This document shows positions 41,445 to 55,105 of a DNA stretch of 64,000 nt, piece by piece (position 1 is the stretch's first letter; the number at the start of each line of letters is the position of its first letter). The position numbers and the translations under genes are program-made. The notes beneath the pieces are model-generated. The model worked only from the letters and a program-made list of their open reading frames with translations. It was not told where the DNA came from and ran no database searches. Source of the stretch: an uncultured Alphaproteobacteria bacterium (lineage in GTDB: Bacteria > Pseudomonadota > Alphaproteobacteria > Rhizobiales > Beijerinckiaceae); contig CAWHIL010000003.1 in assembly GCA_963829505.1 (NCBI GenBank), positions 1,297,184 to 1,361,183 on the forward strand, given 5' to 3'.

Positions 41445-43509
41445 CTATTCCGCGGCCTGCCGCGCCCGCGCCTGCGCCAGGGCCGAGCATTCGGCCATGA
41501 CGCGCGAGGCGCGCGCGATCGGGTTGGTGAGAAAGAAATTGTCGATCGCCGAGCCGAACGGCGCGCGTCCGACCGCGGCGGGGTGAGCCGCGACCGCCTT
41601 CAGCGCGGCCGGGTCGGCGGGCGCGATCCGGTCAAACTGGACGAGATGGGGATGGGCGCTCGCCAGCGCCGCGCGCAGTTGGCCGAGGGAATCGTAGGGC
41701 AGCTTCGCGCCGAGCGCGTCGGAGAGGGCGCGCAGGATCGACCAGTCCTCGCGCGCGTCGCCCGGCGGGAAGACGGCCCGTTCGGCGAACTGCGGCCTCC
41801 CCTCGGTGTTGACGTAAATCCCGCTCTTCTCGGTGTAGGCGGCGCCCGGCAGAATGACGTCGGCGCGATGCGCGCCGCGGTCGCCGTGCGTGCCGATATA
41901 GACGACGAAGGCGCCCGGCTCGACGTCGGTCTCGTCGGCGCCGAGGTTGATGAGAACGTCGAGCGCGCCTGCTTTCGCCATGCCCGGGACGTCGAGACCG
42001 CCCTCCCCCGGCACGAGGCCGAGATCGAGCCCGCCGACGCGCGAGGCCGCGGCGTGCAGGACGTTGAAGCCGTTCCAGCCGTCCTTGACGAGACCGAGCG
42101 AGAGCGCCGCCTTCGCGGCGAGCGCGAGGATGGCTTCGCCGTCGGGACGGGCGAAGGCCGCCGCGCCCAGGATGAACGCGGGCTTCTCCTTCGCCGCAGG
42201 CGGATGATCGGCGAAGCCGCTGAGCGTCTCGGGACCGGCGCCAAGATAATTGGCGCGGTAGGTGAGGTCTGCCTGTTCGCCGATCACGCCGAGGAGCGCG
42301 CCTCCTTTGAGCCACCGCTTGCGAATGCGTGCGTTCAGCACCGGCGACTCGAGCCGTGGGTTGGATCCGACGATCATGATCGCGTCGGCCTGATCGAGCC
42401 CGGCGACGGTCGAGTTGAAGAGATAGGAGGCGCGGCCGAACTTCGGATGAAGCTTCGACCCGTCCTGCCGGCAATCGACGTTGGGCGACCCGAGCTTGCC
42501 CATGAGCCCCTTGAGGGCGAACATCTCCTCGACCGCCGCGAGATCGCCGACGATGGCGCCGATGCGTTCCGCCCGGGCGGTCTTGACCTTTGCGGCGACC
42601 GCGTCGAACGCCTCGCGCCAGCTCGCAGGCCGGAGCTTGCCGTCGACGCGCACGTAAGGGCGGTCGATGCGCTGGGTCTTGAGCCCGTCGACGATGTGGC
42701 GGGTCTTGTCCGAGATCCACTCCTCGTTCACGGCGTCGTTGACGCGCGGGAGGATGCGGACGACTTCACGACCGCGCGAATCGATCCGGATCGCCGAGCC
42801 GAGCGCGTCCATCACGTCGATGGAATCGGTCTTGACGTATTCCCACGGGCGCGCGTGAAATGCGGTCGGTTTCGAGGTCAGCGCCCCGACCGGACAGAGG
42901 TCGACGACATTGCCCTGAAGCTCGGAGGTCAGCGCGCTCTCGAGATAGGAGGTGATCTCCATGTCCTCGCCGCGGCCCGTGGCGCCGAGTTCCGGCACGC
43001 CGGCGACCTCGGTGACGAAGCGGACGCAGCGCGTGCACTGGATGCAGCGGTTCATCGAGGTCTTGACGAGCGCGCCGATGTACTTGTCCTCGACCGCCCG
43101 CTTGTTCTCGGCGAAGCGCGACGAGTTCCGCGCCGTAGGCCATCGCCTGATCCTGCAGGTCGCACTCGCCGCCCTGGTCGCAGATCGGGCAGTCGAGCGG
43201 GTGGTTGATGAGCAGGAACTCCATCACGCCCTGACGGGCCTTGCGCGCCATCGGCGAATTCGTCAGCACAACCGGCGGCTCGCCGTTGGGGCCAGGCCTC
43301 AGGTCACGCACCGCCATGGCGCAGGAGGCGGTCGGCTTCGGCGGCCCGCCTTTCACCTCGACGAGGCACATGCGGCAATTGCCGGCGATCGTCAGACGCT
43401 CGTGGAAGCAGAAGCGCGGGATCTCCGCGCCCGCCGCCTCGCAGGCCTGAAGCAAAGTGTATTCGGCCGGAACGTCGACTTCCTTGCCGTCGATGATGAT
43501 CTTGCTCAT
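41445..43509 (-). CDS. nuoG: NADH-quinone oxidoreductase subunit G (1-bp insertion at ~43126)
   Basis: [52 protein letters not shown]. Confidence 0.96.
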
Positions 43510-43835
43510 GCGTCCTTCGCCCCATGGCCCGACCGCCAATAGGCGAGCAAATCCGCGACGGCAATACCGTCGATGGTCATGCCCTCCATCCGGGCGTCGG
43601 CGATCGAGGCGCCTGCGAGGTTCGCCTTTTCGATGCGCAAGCCGGCCAAATTGACGTCGTGGACGCGCCAGCCGGACATGTTCGCATCCTCGAACGATGA
43701 GCCCGAGAGATTGATGTTATGAAAGCGCGCGCCGGAAAAATTCACGTCGTCGAAGGCCGATCCCGAGAGATCGGCTTTGTGCACGTCGAGCCGAAGCTTG
43801 CGCCCCTCGATCCGCCTCTCCCCCGGCTCCGTCAT
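43506..43835 (-). CDS. Pentapeptide-repeat protein inside the nuo operon
   Basis: [35 protein letters not shown] repeats; ATGA overlaps at both ends. Confidence 0.85.
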   Translation of the reverse strand: MTEPGERRIEGRKLRLDVHKADLSGSAFDDVNFSGARFHNINLSGSSFEDANMSGWRVHDVNLAGLRIEKANLAGASIADARMEGMTIDGIAVADLLAYWRSGHGAKDA

Positions 43836-44296
43836 CCGCATCTCCTGCTCAGCCAGAGCTTGATGTGCGGCAGCCAGCTCCAGGCGAAGGCGTGATCGCT
43901 GTCGCCGTTCGCCTGAAGATGCTCGAGCCGCGCCATCGCCTCAGCGAGGTCGGGAATATGCCCGGCCGGTATCGTCCACATGACGAAATGCGCCTTTTCC
44001 GCCTTCTCGAACCATTCGCCCTTTCGATTGTAGACCTGCTTGTGAACGGTCGCCCAGACGAAGCGTTCGAGCGCCTCGGCGCTTTCCCACACGGAGAGGT
44101 TGACCGCCATCGTCGGATCGGCGTCGGGGCGGATGGCGGTCGCATTGTTGCTGTCGTCCTTGAGGCGCCAGACGAAACCTTCGCTGCGCTCGGCGAGCGC
44201 GTTGATCCGGTCGAGATTGTCCATGAACGCGGCCATCCGGGCGTCGTCCGTCGCATAGCGGAAGCGGCCGACGTTGAGCTGGGCGATATGGGTCAA
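43832..44296 (-). CDS. DUF3291-like protein inside the nuo operon
   Basis: HIAQLNVG...AFMDNLDRINALAERSEGFVWRL...VNLSVWESAEALERFVW...EWF, recognised from memory as DUF3291. Confidence 0.75.
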   Translation of the reverse strand: MTHIAQLNVGRFRYATDDARMAAFMDNLDRINALAERSEGFVWRLKDDSNNATAIRPDADPTMAVNLSVWESAEALERFVWATVHKQVYNRKGEWFEKAEKAHFVMWTIPAGHIPDLAEAMARLEHLQANGDSDHAFAWSWLPHIKLWLSRRCG

Positions 44297-44586
44297 TGGC
44301 CCGCCTCCAGCTTTTCGACGCGGCGCGGGAGCTCTGCGATCTGCTTGCGAAGGTCGACATGCCCGCGGCTCGCCTGCGCGGCGTAACCGATCGCCGTCAC
44401 TGCCCCTTCGCGAATGGTCTCGACACGCTCTTCGATCGCCTCGAGACGCAATTCGTGACCCGCGAGCGTCCGCTGGACGTCGCTCAAAACGGAGTCGATT
44501 CCGTCGAAACGCGCCGAGTGGTCGTCCTGCTTCGCCCGGATGAGCCGAAGCATCTGAAGTACAAGATTGTCGGCCTCCTCCGCCAC
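44293..44586 (-). CDS. Small coiled-coil hypothetical protein inside the nuo operon
   Basis: GTG start 5 bp after the nuoF stop; heptad pattern LVLQMLRLIR...HELRLEAIEERVETI...VEKLEA. Confidence 0.7.
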   Translation of the reverse strand: MAEEADNLVLQMLRLIRAKQDDHSARFDGIDSVLSDVQRTLAGHELRLEAIEERVETIREGAVTAIGYAAQASRGHVDLRKQIAELPRRVEKLEAGH

Positions 44587-44591
44587 CGGCC

Positions 44592-45896
<1,305 letters not shown>

Positions 45897-45899
45897 CGT

Positions 45900-47051
45900 T
45901 CAGGCTTCCGGCTTCTTGTCCGAACGTGCGGGCTGGGCTTGATCCTTGAGCCCCACGCCCCCCTTGGCGAGAGTGCTCGCCTGCGCCACCCAGCGTTCGC
46001 GATGGATCCGACCGGGAAAGGCGAGATACGTCCCGACCCAGCGGATCTCGGCAAGCGTCCACGCGGCGATCTGATCGAAATGAAAGACGCCGAGCGCGTG
46101 CAGGTGCTTCTCGTTGACCGGGCCGACGCCCTTGATGCGCTTGAGGTCGTCGGGCGCGCCGGTGCGCGGGGCGGGCAGAGCCGCGGGCCGCTCGCCGACG
46201 GCGTTGGCCTTCTGCTCGGGGGTCGCGTCCGCGGGCAATTTGGCGAGCGCGGCCTTGACGTGGGCCTCCTCGGCCTCCGCGTGCGCATGCGCGGCCGCGT
46301 CGTCGGCCGAGACGGGCTTCGTGTCGCTCGCCGAAGGGGGGGCGGGCGGCGAAGCTGCGCCAGCCGACGGCGCGGCCTCACCCGTCTTTGAAGCAGGCGC
46401 CGTCGCGTCGTTGGCCGGCGCAGGCGCGCGGACCGCGCCCTTGCCGTCGGCGCCGTAGAGCGACGTCAGCGTGGTCAGGCCGCCGACCGGCTCGGACGAG
46501 ACGCGGCCGATCTGCGAGCCGACCTTCACGGGACGCCCCGCCGCAAGATCGTCGAGCAGTTTCGCGAAATTCTCGGGCGTCAGGTCCTCGTAATAATCGT
46601 CGTTGATCTGCACCATCGGCGCGTTGCAGCAGGCGCCGAGGCACTCGACCTCGCTCCACGAGAAGAGCCCGTCGGCGCTGACGTGATCGGCCTCGCCGAC
46701 GCGCTTGCGCAGCACCGCCCTGATGTCGTCGGCGCCCCGGAGCGCGCATGGCGTCGTGCCGCAAAGCTGCACGTAATGGCGCCCGACCGGCTCGAGGTTG
46801 AACATCGTGTAGAAGGTCGCGACTTCGAGCACGCGGATCTTCGGCATATCGAGCATCTCGGCGACCTTCTCGATCGCAGGCCGCGACAGCCAGTAGCTGT
46901 TCTGCTTCTGCGCCCGCCAGAGGAGCGCGATCACCGCGGAGGCCTGGCGGCCCTGCGGATATTTGGCGATCTCCTTCTCTGCCCAGGCCTTGTTCTCGGG
47001 CGTGAAATCGAAGCTCGGCGGTTGCTTCTCGGCAAGTCGGCGGACGGACAT
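45900..47051 (-). CDS. nuoE: NADH-quinone oxidoreductase subunit E with C-terminal HhH-like extension
   Basis: VATFYTMF, CGTTPC, ECLGACCNAPM; Pro/Ala linker then DDLKRIKGVGP. Confidence 0.96.
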   Translation of the reverse strand: MSVRRLAEKQPPSFDFTPENKAWAEKEIAKYPQGRQASAVIALLWRAQKQNSYWLSRPAIEKVAEMLDMPKIRVLEVATFYTMFNLEPVGRHYVQLCGTTPCALRGADDIRAVLRKRVGEADHVSADGLFSWSEVECLGACCNAPMVQINDDYYEDLTPENFAKLLDDLAAGRPVKVGSQIGRVSSEPVGGLTTLTSLYGADGKGAVRAPAPANDATAPASKTGEAAPSAGAASPPAPPSASDTKPVSADDAAAHAHAEAEEAHVKAALAKLPADATPEQKANAVGERPAALPAPRTGAPDDLKRIKGVGPVNEKHLHALGVFHFDQIAAWTLAEIRWVGTYLAFPGRIHRERWVAQASTLAKGGVGLKDQAQPARSDKKPEA

Positions 47052-47092
47052 GGGTCAGATGATCCCGGTCGCGGGTTCGGGGAAACGACGCG

Positions 47093-47293
47093 TCATCGCC
47101 CGCCTCCCCGAACGTCGCTGAGGACGAAATAGAGGGCGACCATCGCGATCCCGATGACGACCCCGATGTCGGATTGCGGCTGAACGAGCGGCTCGCCGGA
47201 AGCGAGCCGCATTCCGCCGACGAGCACCACGAACGACGCGGCCCCCGAGACGATGAGCCCGGCCCGGTTGCGGAGCGACTCGAGGATCGTCAC
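47093..47293 (-). CDS. Small two-TM hypothetical membrane protein between nuoD and nuoE
   Basis: GTGA overlap with the nuoD stop; 66 aa with two hydrophobic helices. Confidence 0.6.
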   Translation of the reverse strand: MTILESLRNRAGLIVSGAASFVVLVGGMRLASGEPLVQPQSDIGVVIGIAMVALYFVLSDVRGGGR

Positions 47294-48480
47294 CGGTCGA
47301 CCTCTCCGAAGACGATGTCGATCGAGCCGAGGATGGCGCTGACGTCGGCGAGCATGTGCTTGCGGCAGAGGAAATCCATAGCCTGCAGATGGGCGAAGCC
47401 CGGGGCGCGCAGTTTGACGCGGTAGGGCTTGTTCGTCCCGTCCGAGACGAGATAGACGCCGAACTCGCCCTTCGGCGCCTCGACCGCGGCGTAGACCTCG
47501 CCGGCCGGCACCCGGTAGCCTTCGGTGTAGAGCTTGAAGTGATGGATCAGCGCCTCCATCGAGCTCTTCATCTCGGCCCGTCGGGGCGGTACCACCTTGC
47601 CGTCGTCGCTGGCGACGGGACCCTCGCCGCCGCGCGATCTGAGCTTTTCGCAGGCCTGCTTCATGATCCGCGCCGACTGGCGCATCTCGGCCATGCGGAT
47701 CACGTAGCGGTCGTAGCAGTCGCCGTGCTTGCCGACCGGGATCTCGAACTCCATCTCCTCGTAGCACTCGTAAGGCTGCGCCTTGCGCAGGTCCCACGCC
47801 GCGCCCGAGCCGCGCACCATGACGCCCGAGAAGCCCCACGCCCAGGCGTCCTCGAGCTTCACGACGCCGATGTCGACGTTGCGCTGCTTGAAGATGCGGT
47901 TGCCGGTGAGCAAAGTCTCGAGGTCGTCGCAGACTTTCTCGAACGGGTCGCAGAAGGCGTAGATATCGTCGATGAGCTGCGGCGGCAGATCCTGATGGAC
48001 GCCGCCGGGGCGGAAGTAGGCCGAATGCATGCGCGACCCGCTGGCGCGCTCGTAGAACACCATCAGCTTCTCGCGCTCCTCGAAGCCCCAGAGCGGCGGC
48101 GTCAGCGCGCCGACGTCCATGGCCTGCGTGGTGACGTTGAGAAGATGCGAGAGCAGCCGGCCGATCTCGCAGAAGAGCACCCGGATGAGCTGCGCCCGGC
48201 GCGGCACTTCGATGGCGAGGAGCCGCTCGACGGCGAGCGCCCAAGCGTGCTCCTGGTTCATCGGCGCGACGTAATCGAGCCGGTCGAGATAGGGCACGTT
48301 CTGAAGGTAGGTGCGCGCCTCCATCAGCTTTTCGGTGCCGCGATGCAGGAGGCCGATGTGCGGATCGACGCGCTCGACGACCTCGCCGTCGAGCTCGAGC
48401 ACCAGTCTCAGGACGCCGTGGGCCGCCGGATGCTGAGGTCCGAAGTTGATCGAGAAGTTGCGCAGGTTCTGGTCGGTCAT
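47290..48480 (-). CDS. nuoD: NADH-quinone oxidoreductase subunit D
   Basis: [39 protein letters not shown]. Confidence 0.98.
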   Translation of the reverse strand: MTDQNLRNFSINFGPQHPAAHGVLRLVLELDGEVVERVDPHIGLLHRGTEKLMEARTYLQNVPYLDRLDYVAPMNQEHAWALAVERLLAIEVPRRAQLIRVLFCEIGRLLSHLLNVTTQAMDVGALTPPLWGFEEREKLMVFYERASGSRMHSAYFRPGGVHQDLPPQLIDDIYAFCDPFEKVCDDLETLLTGNRIFKQRNVDIGVVKLEDAWAWGFSGVMVRGSGAAWDLRKAQPYECYEEMEFEIPVGKHGDCYDRYVIRMAEMRQSARIMKQACEKLRSRGGEGPVASDDGKVVPPRRAEMKSSMEALIHHFKLYTEGYRVPAGEVYAAVEAPKGEFGVYLVSDGTNKPYRVKLRAPGFAHLQAMDFLCRKHMLADVSAILGSIDIVFGEVDR

Positions 48481-48523
48481 TGAAGGTCGGTCATTGAAGG
48501 GCCCCGCGGAACGCCAAAGACGG

Positions 48524-48561
48524 TGAATGGCGAATGGCGAATGGCGAGTGGCGAATAGGGG
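48524..48561. repeat. Heptamer tandem array (left arm)
   Basis: TGAATGG CGAATGG CGAATGG CGAGTGG CGAATAG GGG. Confidence 0.88.
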
Positions 48562-48568
48562 CGGCGCA

Positions 48569-48967
48569 TCACTCGACCTCTTTGTCCGATCCGCTGCGAC
48601 GCGCTTGAAGCGAGCGGATCAGGCGACGCAGCATTTTTCCGATGGCTTCGCATCGATCGAGAAGAGGCTCGACCCTTCCTGGTTCCGTCAGTCCGACCCT
48701 CGCCGCCAGCAACAAATGAGTCTCCAACTCTTTCAACGATCCTTGCAACACTCGCAAGAACTGAACAAACGATCCTGTTGCTTCTCGGCCATGACCTTCA
48801 GCGACATTCGCCGCAATTGAAGCCGCAGCCCTGCGGATCTGCGCCGTCATGCCGTACACCTCCTCCCGCGGAAAGCTCCTGGTCAGAACGTAGCAGTCTG
48901 CCGCCACGGTCATTGCCTCTTGCCACACCCGCAGGTCTCGATAGGACCTGATTCCCTCGCCGTCCAG
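48569..48967 (-). CDS. Four-helix-bundle protein (23S rRNA IVS-protein-like family)
   Basis: [14 protein letters not shown]...[30 protein letters not shown]...[10 protein letters not shown]. An in-frame TAA just upstream leaves CTG 48967 or GTG 48928 as start. Confidence 0.9.
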   Translation of the reverse strand: MDGEGIRSYRDLRVWQEAMTVAADCYVLTRSFPREEVYGMTAQIRRAAASIAANVAEGHGREATGSFVQFLRVLQGSLKELETHLLLAARVGLTEPGRVEPLLDRCEAIGKMLRRLIRSLQARRSGSDKEVE

Positions 48968-48973
48968 ACCTTA

Positions 48974-49004
48974 CCCCACTCGCTATTCGCTATTCGCCAT
49001 TCGC
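48974..49004. repeat. Heptamer tandem array (right arm, inverted relative to the left)
   Basis: CC CCACTCG CTATTCG CTATTCG CCATTCG C. Confidence 0.88.
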
Positions 49005-49014
49005 GTCTCTCAAC

Positions 49015-49623
49015 CTACTGCGTACTGCCTCCCGACGCCTTCTCGTCGCCCGGCAGCGGCGGACCCTCCCAGGGGCTCAGGAAGTCGAACTGACGGAATT
49101 CTTGGCTCAGGCGCACCTTGTCGTAGCGCACGCGCTTCTCCTGGTCGTCGTAGCGCACCTCGACGAACCCGGTCATCGGGAAGTCCTTGCGAAGCGGATG
49201 GCCCTCGAAGCCATAGTCGGTGAGGATGCGACGCAGGTCCGGATGGCCGGCGAAGACGACGCCGAAGAGGTCGTAGGTCTCACGCTCGTACCATTCGGCG
49301 CCCGGCCAGACGGAGACCGCGCTCTCGACGGGCGTCGCCTCGTCGGTCGCCAACTTGACGCGAATCCTGCGGTTCAGCTTCGGCGACAGCAAATGATAGA
49401 CCACGTCGAACCGCTTCTCCCGCTCGGGATAGTCGGCTCCGCAGATGTCGATGATGGCGATGAACTGTCCGGCCGGATCGTCGCGCAGAAACTTGAGCAC
49501 CTGGATGTTGCAGTCGGCGTCCACGGTCAGCGTCAGCTCGCCCGCCGCGAAGGTCTGATCGAGGACGGCGCCCGGAAAGGCCGCAGCCGTCTTGTCGCCG
49601 ATCGTTTTGAGAAGCTCATCCAT
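49015..49623 (-). CDS. nuoC: NADH-quinone oxidoreductase subunit C
   Basis: [30 protein letters not shown]. Confidence 0.97.
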   Translation of the reverse strand: MDELLKTIGDKTAAAFPGAVLDQTFAAGELTLTVDADCNIQVLKFLRDDPAGQFIAIIDICGADYPEREKRFDVVYHLLSPKLNRRIRVKLATDEATPVESAVSVWPGAEWYERETYDLFGVVFAGHPDLRRILTDYGFEGHPLRKDFPMTGFVEVRYDDQEKRVRYDKVRLSQEFRQFDFLSPWEGPPLPGDEKASGGSTQ

Positions 49624-49656
49624 TGCGCGGCTCTTTTCCGCCTTCGATCCGAAGGG

Positions 49657-50232
49657 CTAGCGTTCGATCGTGCCGGTCCGGCGGATCTTCTTCTGCAGGA
49701 GCAGCACGCCGTACAGCAGCGCTTCCGCCGTCGGCGGGCACCCGGGCACGTAGATGTCGACCGGCACGACCCGGTCGCAGCCGCGCACGACCGAATAGGA
49801 ATAGTGGTAGTAGCCGCCGCCGTTGGCGCACGAGCCCATCGAGATGACGTAGCGCGGCTCCGGCATCTGGTCGTAGACCTTGCGCAAGGCGGGCGCCATC
49901 TTGTTGGTCAGCGTGCCGGCGACGATCATCACGTCCGACTGGCGCGGGCTGCCGCGCGGGGCGAAGCCGAAGCGCTCGACGTCGTAGCGCGGCATCGAAA
50001 GCTGCATCATCTCGACCGCGCAGCAGGCAAGCCCGAACGTCATCCACATGAGCGATCCGGTGCGCGCCCAATGAATCAGCTCGTCCGTCGTCGTGACGAG
50101 GAAGCCCTTGTCGGCCAGTTCGTCGCTAATCTGGCCGAAATAGGCGCTGTCCTCGCCGAGCGGCCTGCCGGTCCTCGGATCGACGAGGCCGGTCGCGGGC
50201 GGCGCGACGAGCGGACCGGAGCTCAATCCCAT
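49657..50232 (-). CDS. nuoB: NADH-quinone oxidoreductase subunit B
   Basis: [27 protein letters not shown]. Confidence 0.98.
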   Translation of the reverse strand: MGLSSGPLVAPPATGLVDPRTGRPLGEDSAYFGQISDELADKGFLVTTTDELIHWARTGSLMWMTFGLACCAVEMMQLSMPRYDVERFGFAPRGSPRQSDVMIVAGTLTNKMAPALRKVYDQMPEPRYVISMGSCANGGGYYHYSYSVVRGCDRVVPVDIYVPGCPPTAEALLYGVLLLQKKIRRTGTIER

Positions 50233-50588
50233 TCGAGGGCTCCCTTGTTCCATTCGTAGACGAACCCGACGGTCAAGACCGCGAGGAAGAGGATCATCGA
50301 CCAGAAGCCGAGCGCGCCGAGATCATGGAAGACGATCGCCCATGGGAACAGAAACGCCACCTCGAGGTCGAAGATGATGAACAGGAGCGACACCAGGTAG
50401 AAGCGTGCGTCGAAGCGCATGCGGGCGTCGTCGAACGGGTCGAAGCCGCATTCGTAGGGCGACAGCTTCTCCGAATCCGGCGCCTTGAACGCGAGCAGGA
50501 AGGGCGCGACCAGCAGACCCGAGCCGATCAGCGCGGCGATCACGACGAATACGACAAGCGGCAGGTAGTCGGATATGAGGCTCGGCAT
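50223..50588 (-). CDS. nuoA: NADH-quinone oxidoreductase subunit A
   Basis: [31 protein letters not shown]. Confidence 0.97.
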   Translation of the reverse strand: MPSLISDYLPLVVFVVIAALIGSGLLVAPFLLAFKAPDSEKLSPYECGFDPFDDARMRFDARFYLVSLLFIIFDLEVAFLFPWAIVFHDLGALGFWSMILFLAVLTVGFVYEWNKGALEWD

Positions 50589-50802
50589 CAGCCCGGCTCG
50601 CGGTTTTTGGATCAGGCGCGGACGAAGGTCTTCAGCCGCAATCCCCCTTAACCGCCTATCGCAGCGCAGCGCCGCATGCAAGGCGAAACGCGCTCGGCCG
50701 ACGTACGTCTCATTGATGACGCCGGGCCTCGTTTTCGCGGTCCGAACGCGCTGCGGCGGCCTGAGAAAAGCCGCTTCGCCGCTTGCGATTTCGAATGGAA
50801 AG

Positions 50803-50879
<77 letters not shown>

Positions 50880-50972
50880 GCAAAGGGTGGCCGGGGATAA
50901 GCCAGCCGTAACGCCAAGTCAATATGGCGACGCTGGCGCGAAAGCCCTTCCGGGACGCCGGGACCGGCCTCT

Positions 50973-51646
50973 TCAGAAACGCGCGGTCGCGAACGACCAG
51001 CGACGCATCTCCTGCGGGCTGAGCACATGCATCGTGTCCGGCGGCAGCGATTCCGCGATGCGCACGAGCGTCGGGTTGACGCCCATCCGGGCGGCGTAGC
51101 GGGCAAGCACCGCGACCATTGGCGCGTCGGCGAAACTGCGCGTCGTGTGCTGGCCGAACAGTCCCTGGCCTTCGGTCTCGACGATCGACATGCGGTGCAG
51201 CGCCACCTCGCTGCCCGGCGGCGCGACGCGCCGGACAGCCCCCATCATCGCGTAGACGCAGGCCGACAGGCACTCGCCGACGAACGGCCCGGATGCGCCG
51301 GCGCCCGAAAACCGGCCGACCACGCCCGCGACGCGAAGCTCCCTGAGGATGCGCCCGAACACCATGGAGGCGACCACATTGCCGCCCCGCGAGTTGAAAA
51401 AGACGATCCGCTTCAGGCTCTTGTCGTCGGCCCCCGACTTCAGGAAGTCGACGAAGTCCTGCGGCGTCGTGGTCTCGATCACGCCCTCGGCGACGATGAC
51501 GTGCGGGCACCTTGCGCCGCAGCCGGCGGCTTCGAGCGGCTCGACCCGGAAGGTCATCGTGCCGGACTGCGCCCGCGCCGCCTCAGGCCCGACAGTGAGA
51601 CAGAGCGCCGCCAGAAGGCCGACAAGGCCGATCAGCGCGCGAAAAA
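50973..51646 (-). CDS. Periplasmic ClpP/crotonase-fold-like hypothetical protein (COG3904-like); start unresolved
   Basis: Signal-like IFRALIGLVGLLAALC...AARA, FNSRGGNVVASM..G..LR, GECLSACVYAMMGA..R, VALHR. Confidence 0.7.
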
Positions 51647-51722
51647 TGGTGGGCGGTGACGGGCTCGAACCGCCGGCCCTCTCGGTGTAAGCGAGATGCT
51701 CTACCAACTGAGCTAACCGCCC
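51647..51722 (-). tRNA. tRNA-Val(TAC)
   Basis: GGGCGGTTAGCTCAGTTGGTAGAGCATCTCGCTTACACCGAGAGGGCCGGCGGTTCGAGCCCGTCACCGCCCACCA. Confidence 0.97.
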
Positions 51723-51937
51723 CTGCCTCATCGCGTGCGAGATTACAGACTTGCGCCCACGGGGCCAAGACGTTCCCTCGGGCAAGGCGCAAAGAAAGGC
51801 CCTCGAGCCCGCCGCGCGAATTTTGGCCGCGCCGCGAATAAGAAAAGGAGGGGGCGAGCCCCCTCCGTTCGCGGAAACCTTCGGCTTGCTTTGGCCGGCA
51901 AAGCGGCCCGCGACGCGTTTGGAGCGTCAAGGCGCCG

Positions 51938-52231
51938 CTATTTCTTGGCCGACTTCGACTTGTTGAGGGCGGCCCGGAGCGCGGTGCTCGGCTTGAAGCG
52001 CGCATTCTTGGACGCGGCGATCTTGATCTCTTTTCCGGTCGCCGGATTGCGGCCCTTGCCGGCGGCGCGCTCGCGCACCGAGAAGGTTCCGAAGCCGACG
52101 AGGCGCACTTCCTCGCCTTTTCTCAGCGTCTTTTCGATGCCTTCGAGCACGGCCTCGAGCGCCTTGGCCGCCGAAACCTTGGTCAGTTCCGCTTCCGTCG
52201 CAATGTGATCGACGAGTTCGAGCTTATTCAT
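51938..52231 (-). CDS. hupB: DNA-binding protein HU
   Basis: MNKLELVDHIA...VRLVGFGTFSVRERAAGKGRNPATG...FKPS. Confidence 0.95.
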   Translation of the reverse strand: MNKLELVDHIATEAELTKVSAAKALEAVLEGIEKTLRKGEEVRLVGFGTFSVRERAAGKGRNPATGKEIKIAASKNARFKPSTALRAALNKSKSAKK

Positions 52232-52533
52232 CCCATTCTCCGTTTCAAACGGCCTTGTCGCCTTGGCCCTTCCTACCGCAGCGTTCAATGGTTCGCCGCG
52301 CCCACCTTCGTCCGTCGCGTCCGAACCAAGTCCGTTTAAGGACGCTCCTTGCCTCGAATCGACGGCCGAGTTCGGCCCCATTGCTCATGTTTCGATGAGC
52401 CCGCGCAAGGCTTTGCCGGCGCTGGAAGCCAAAAAAGATGGGATTTTCGGGCAAAAAATGCAGGAGACGCCGCAAAAAGCGCCGCGAATCCGTCAGGGAC
52501 TCGCGGCGCTTCCTTGGCAAAGACAGCGTGAAA

Positions 52534-54957
<2,424 letters not shown>

Positions 54958-55046
54958 GTCGTTCCTTTTTCGGAAGGAAGGCCAACGCCGCCGCCAGATT
55001 TTGGCGGACCGGTGAGGTCCGCCTTCGGATCAGACCTTTAACGCGA

Positions 55047-55075
55047 AGATGGCCCCAAGGCGCCGGAGTTTCAAG
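55047..55075 (-). promoter_or_regulatory. RpoH (sigma32)-type promoter of lon
   Basis: Minus strand CTTGAA-N17-CCATCT. Confidence 0.65.
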
Positions 55076-55105
55076 CCGCCCGGGCGCCAGCCCTGGGGAC
55101 AGCCT

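Noticed and set aside
45900-46460. Long C-terminal extension of NuoE as a novelty
   Set aside because: A Pro/Ala linker plus DDLK.IKGVGP domain is common in alphaproteobacterial NuoE.
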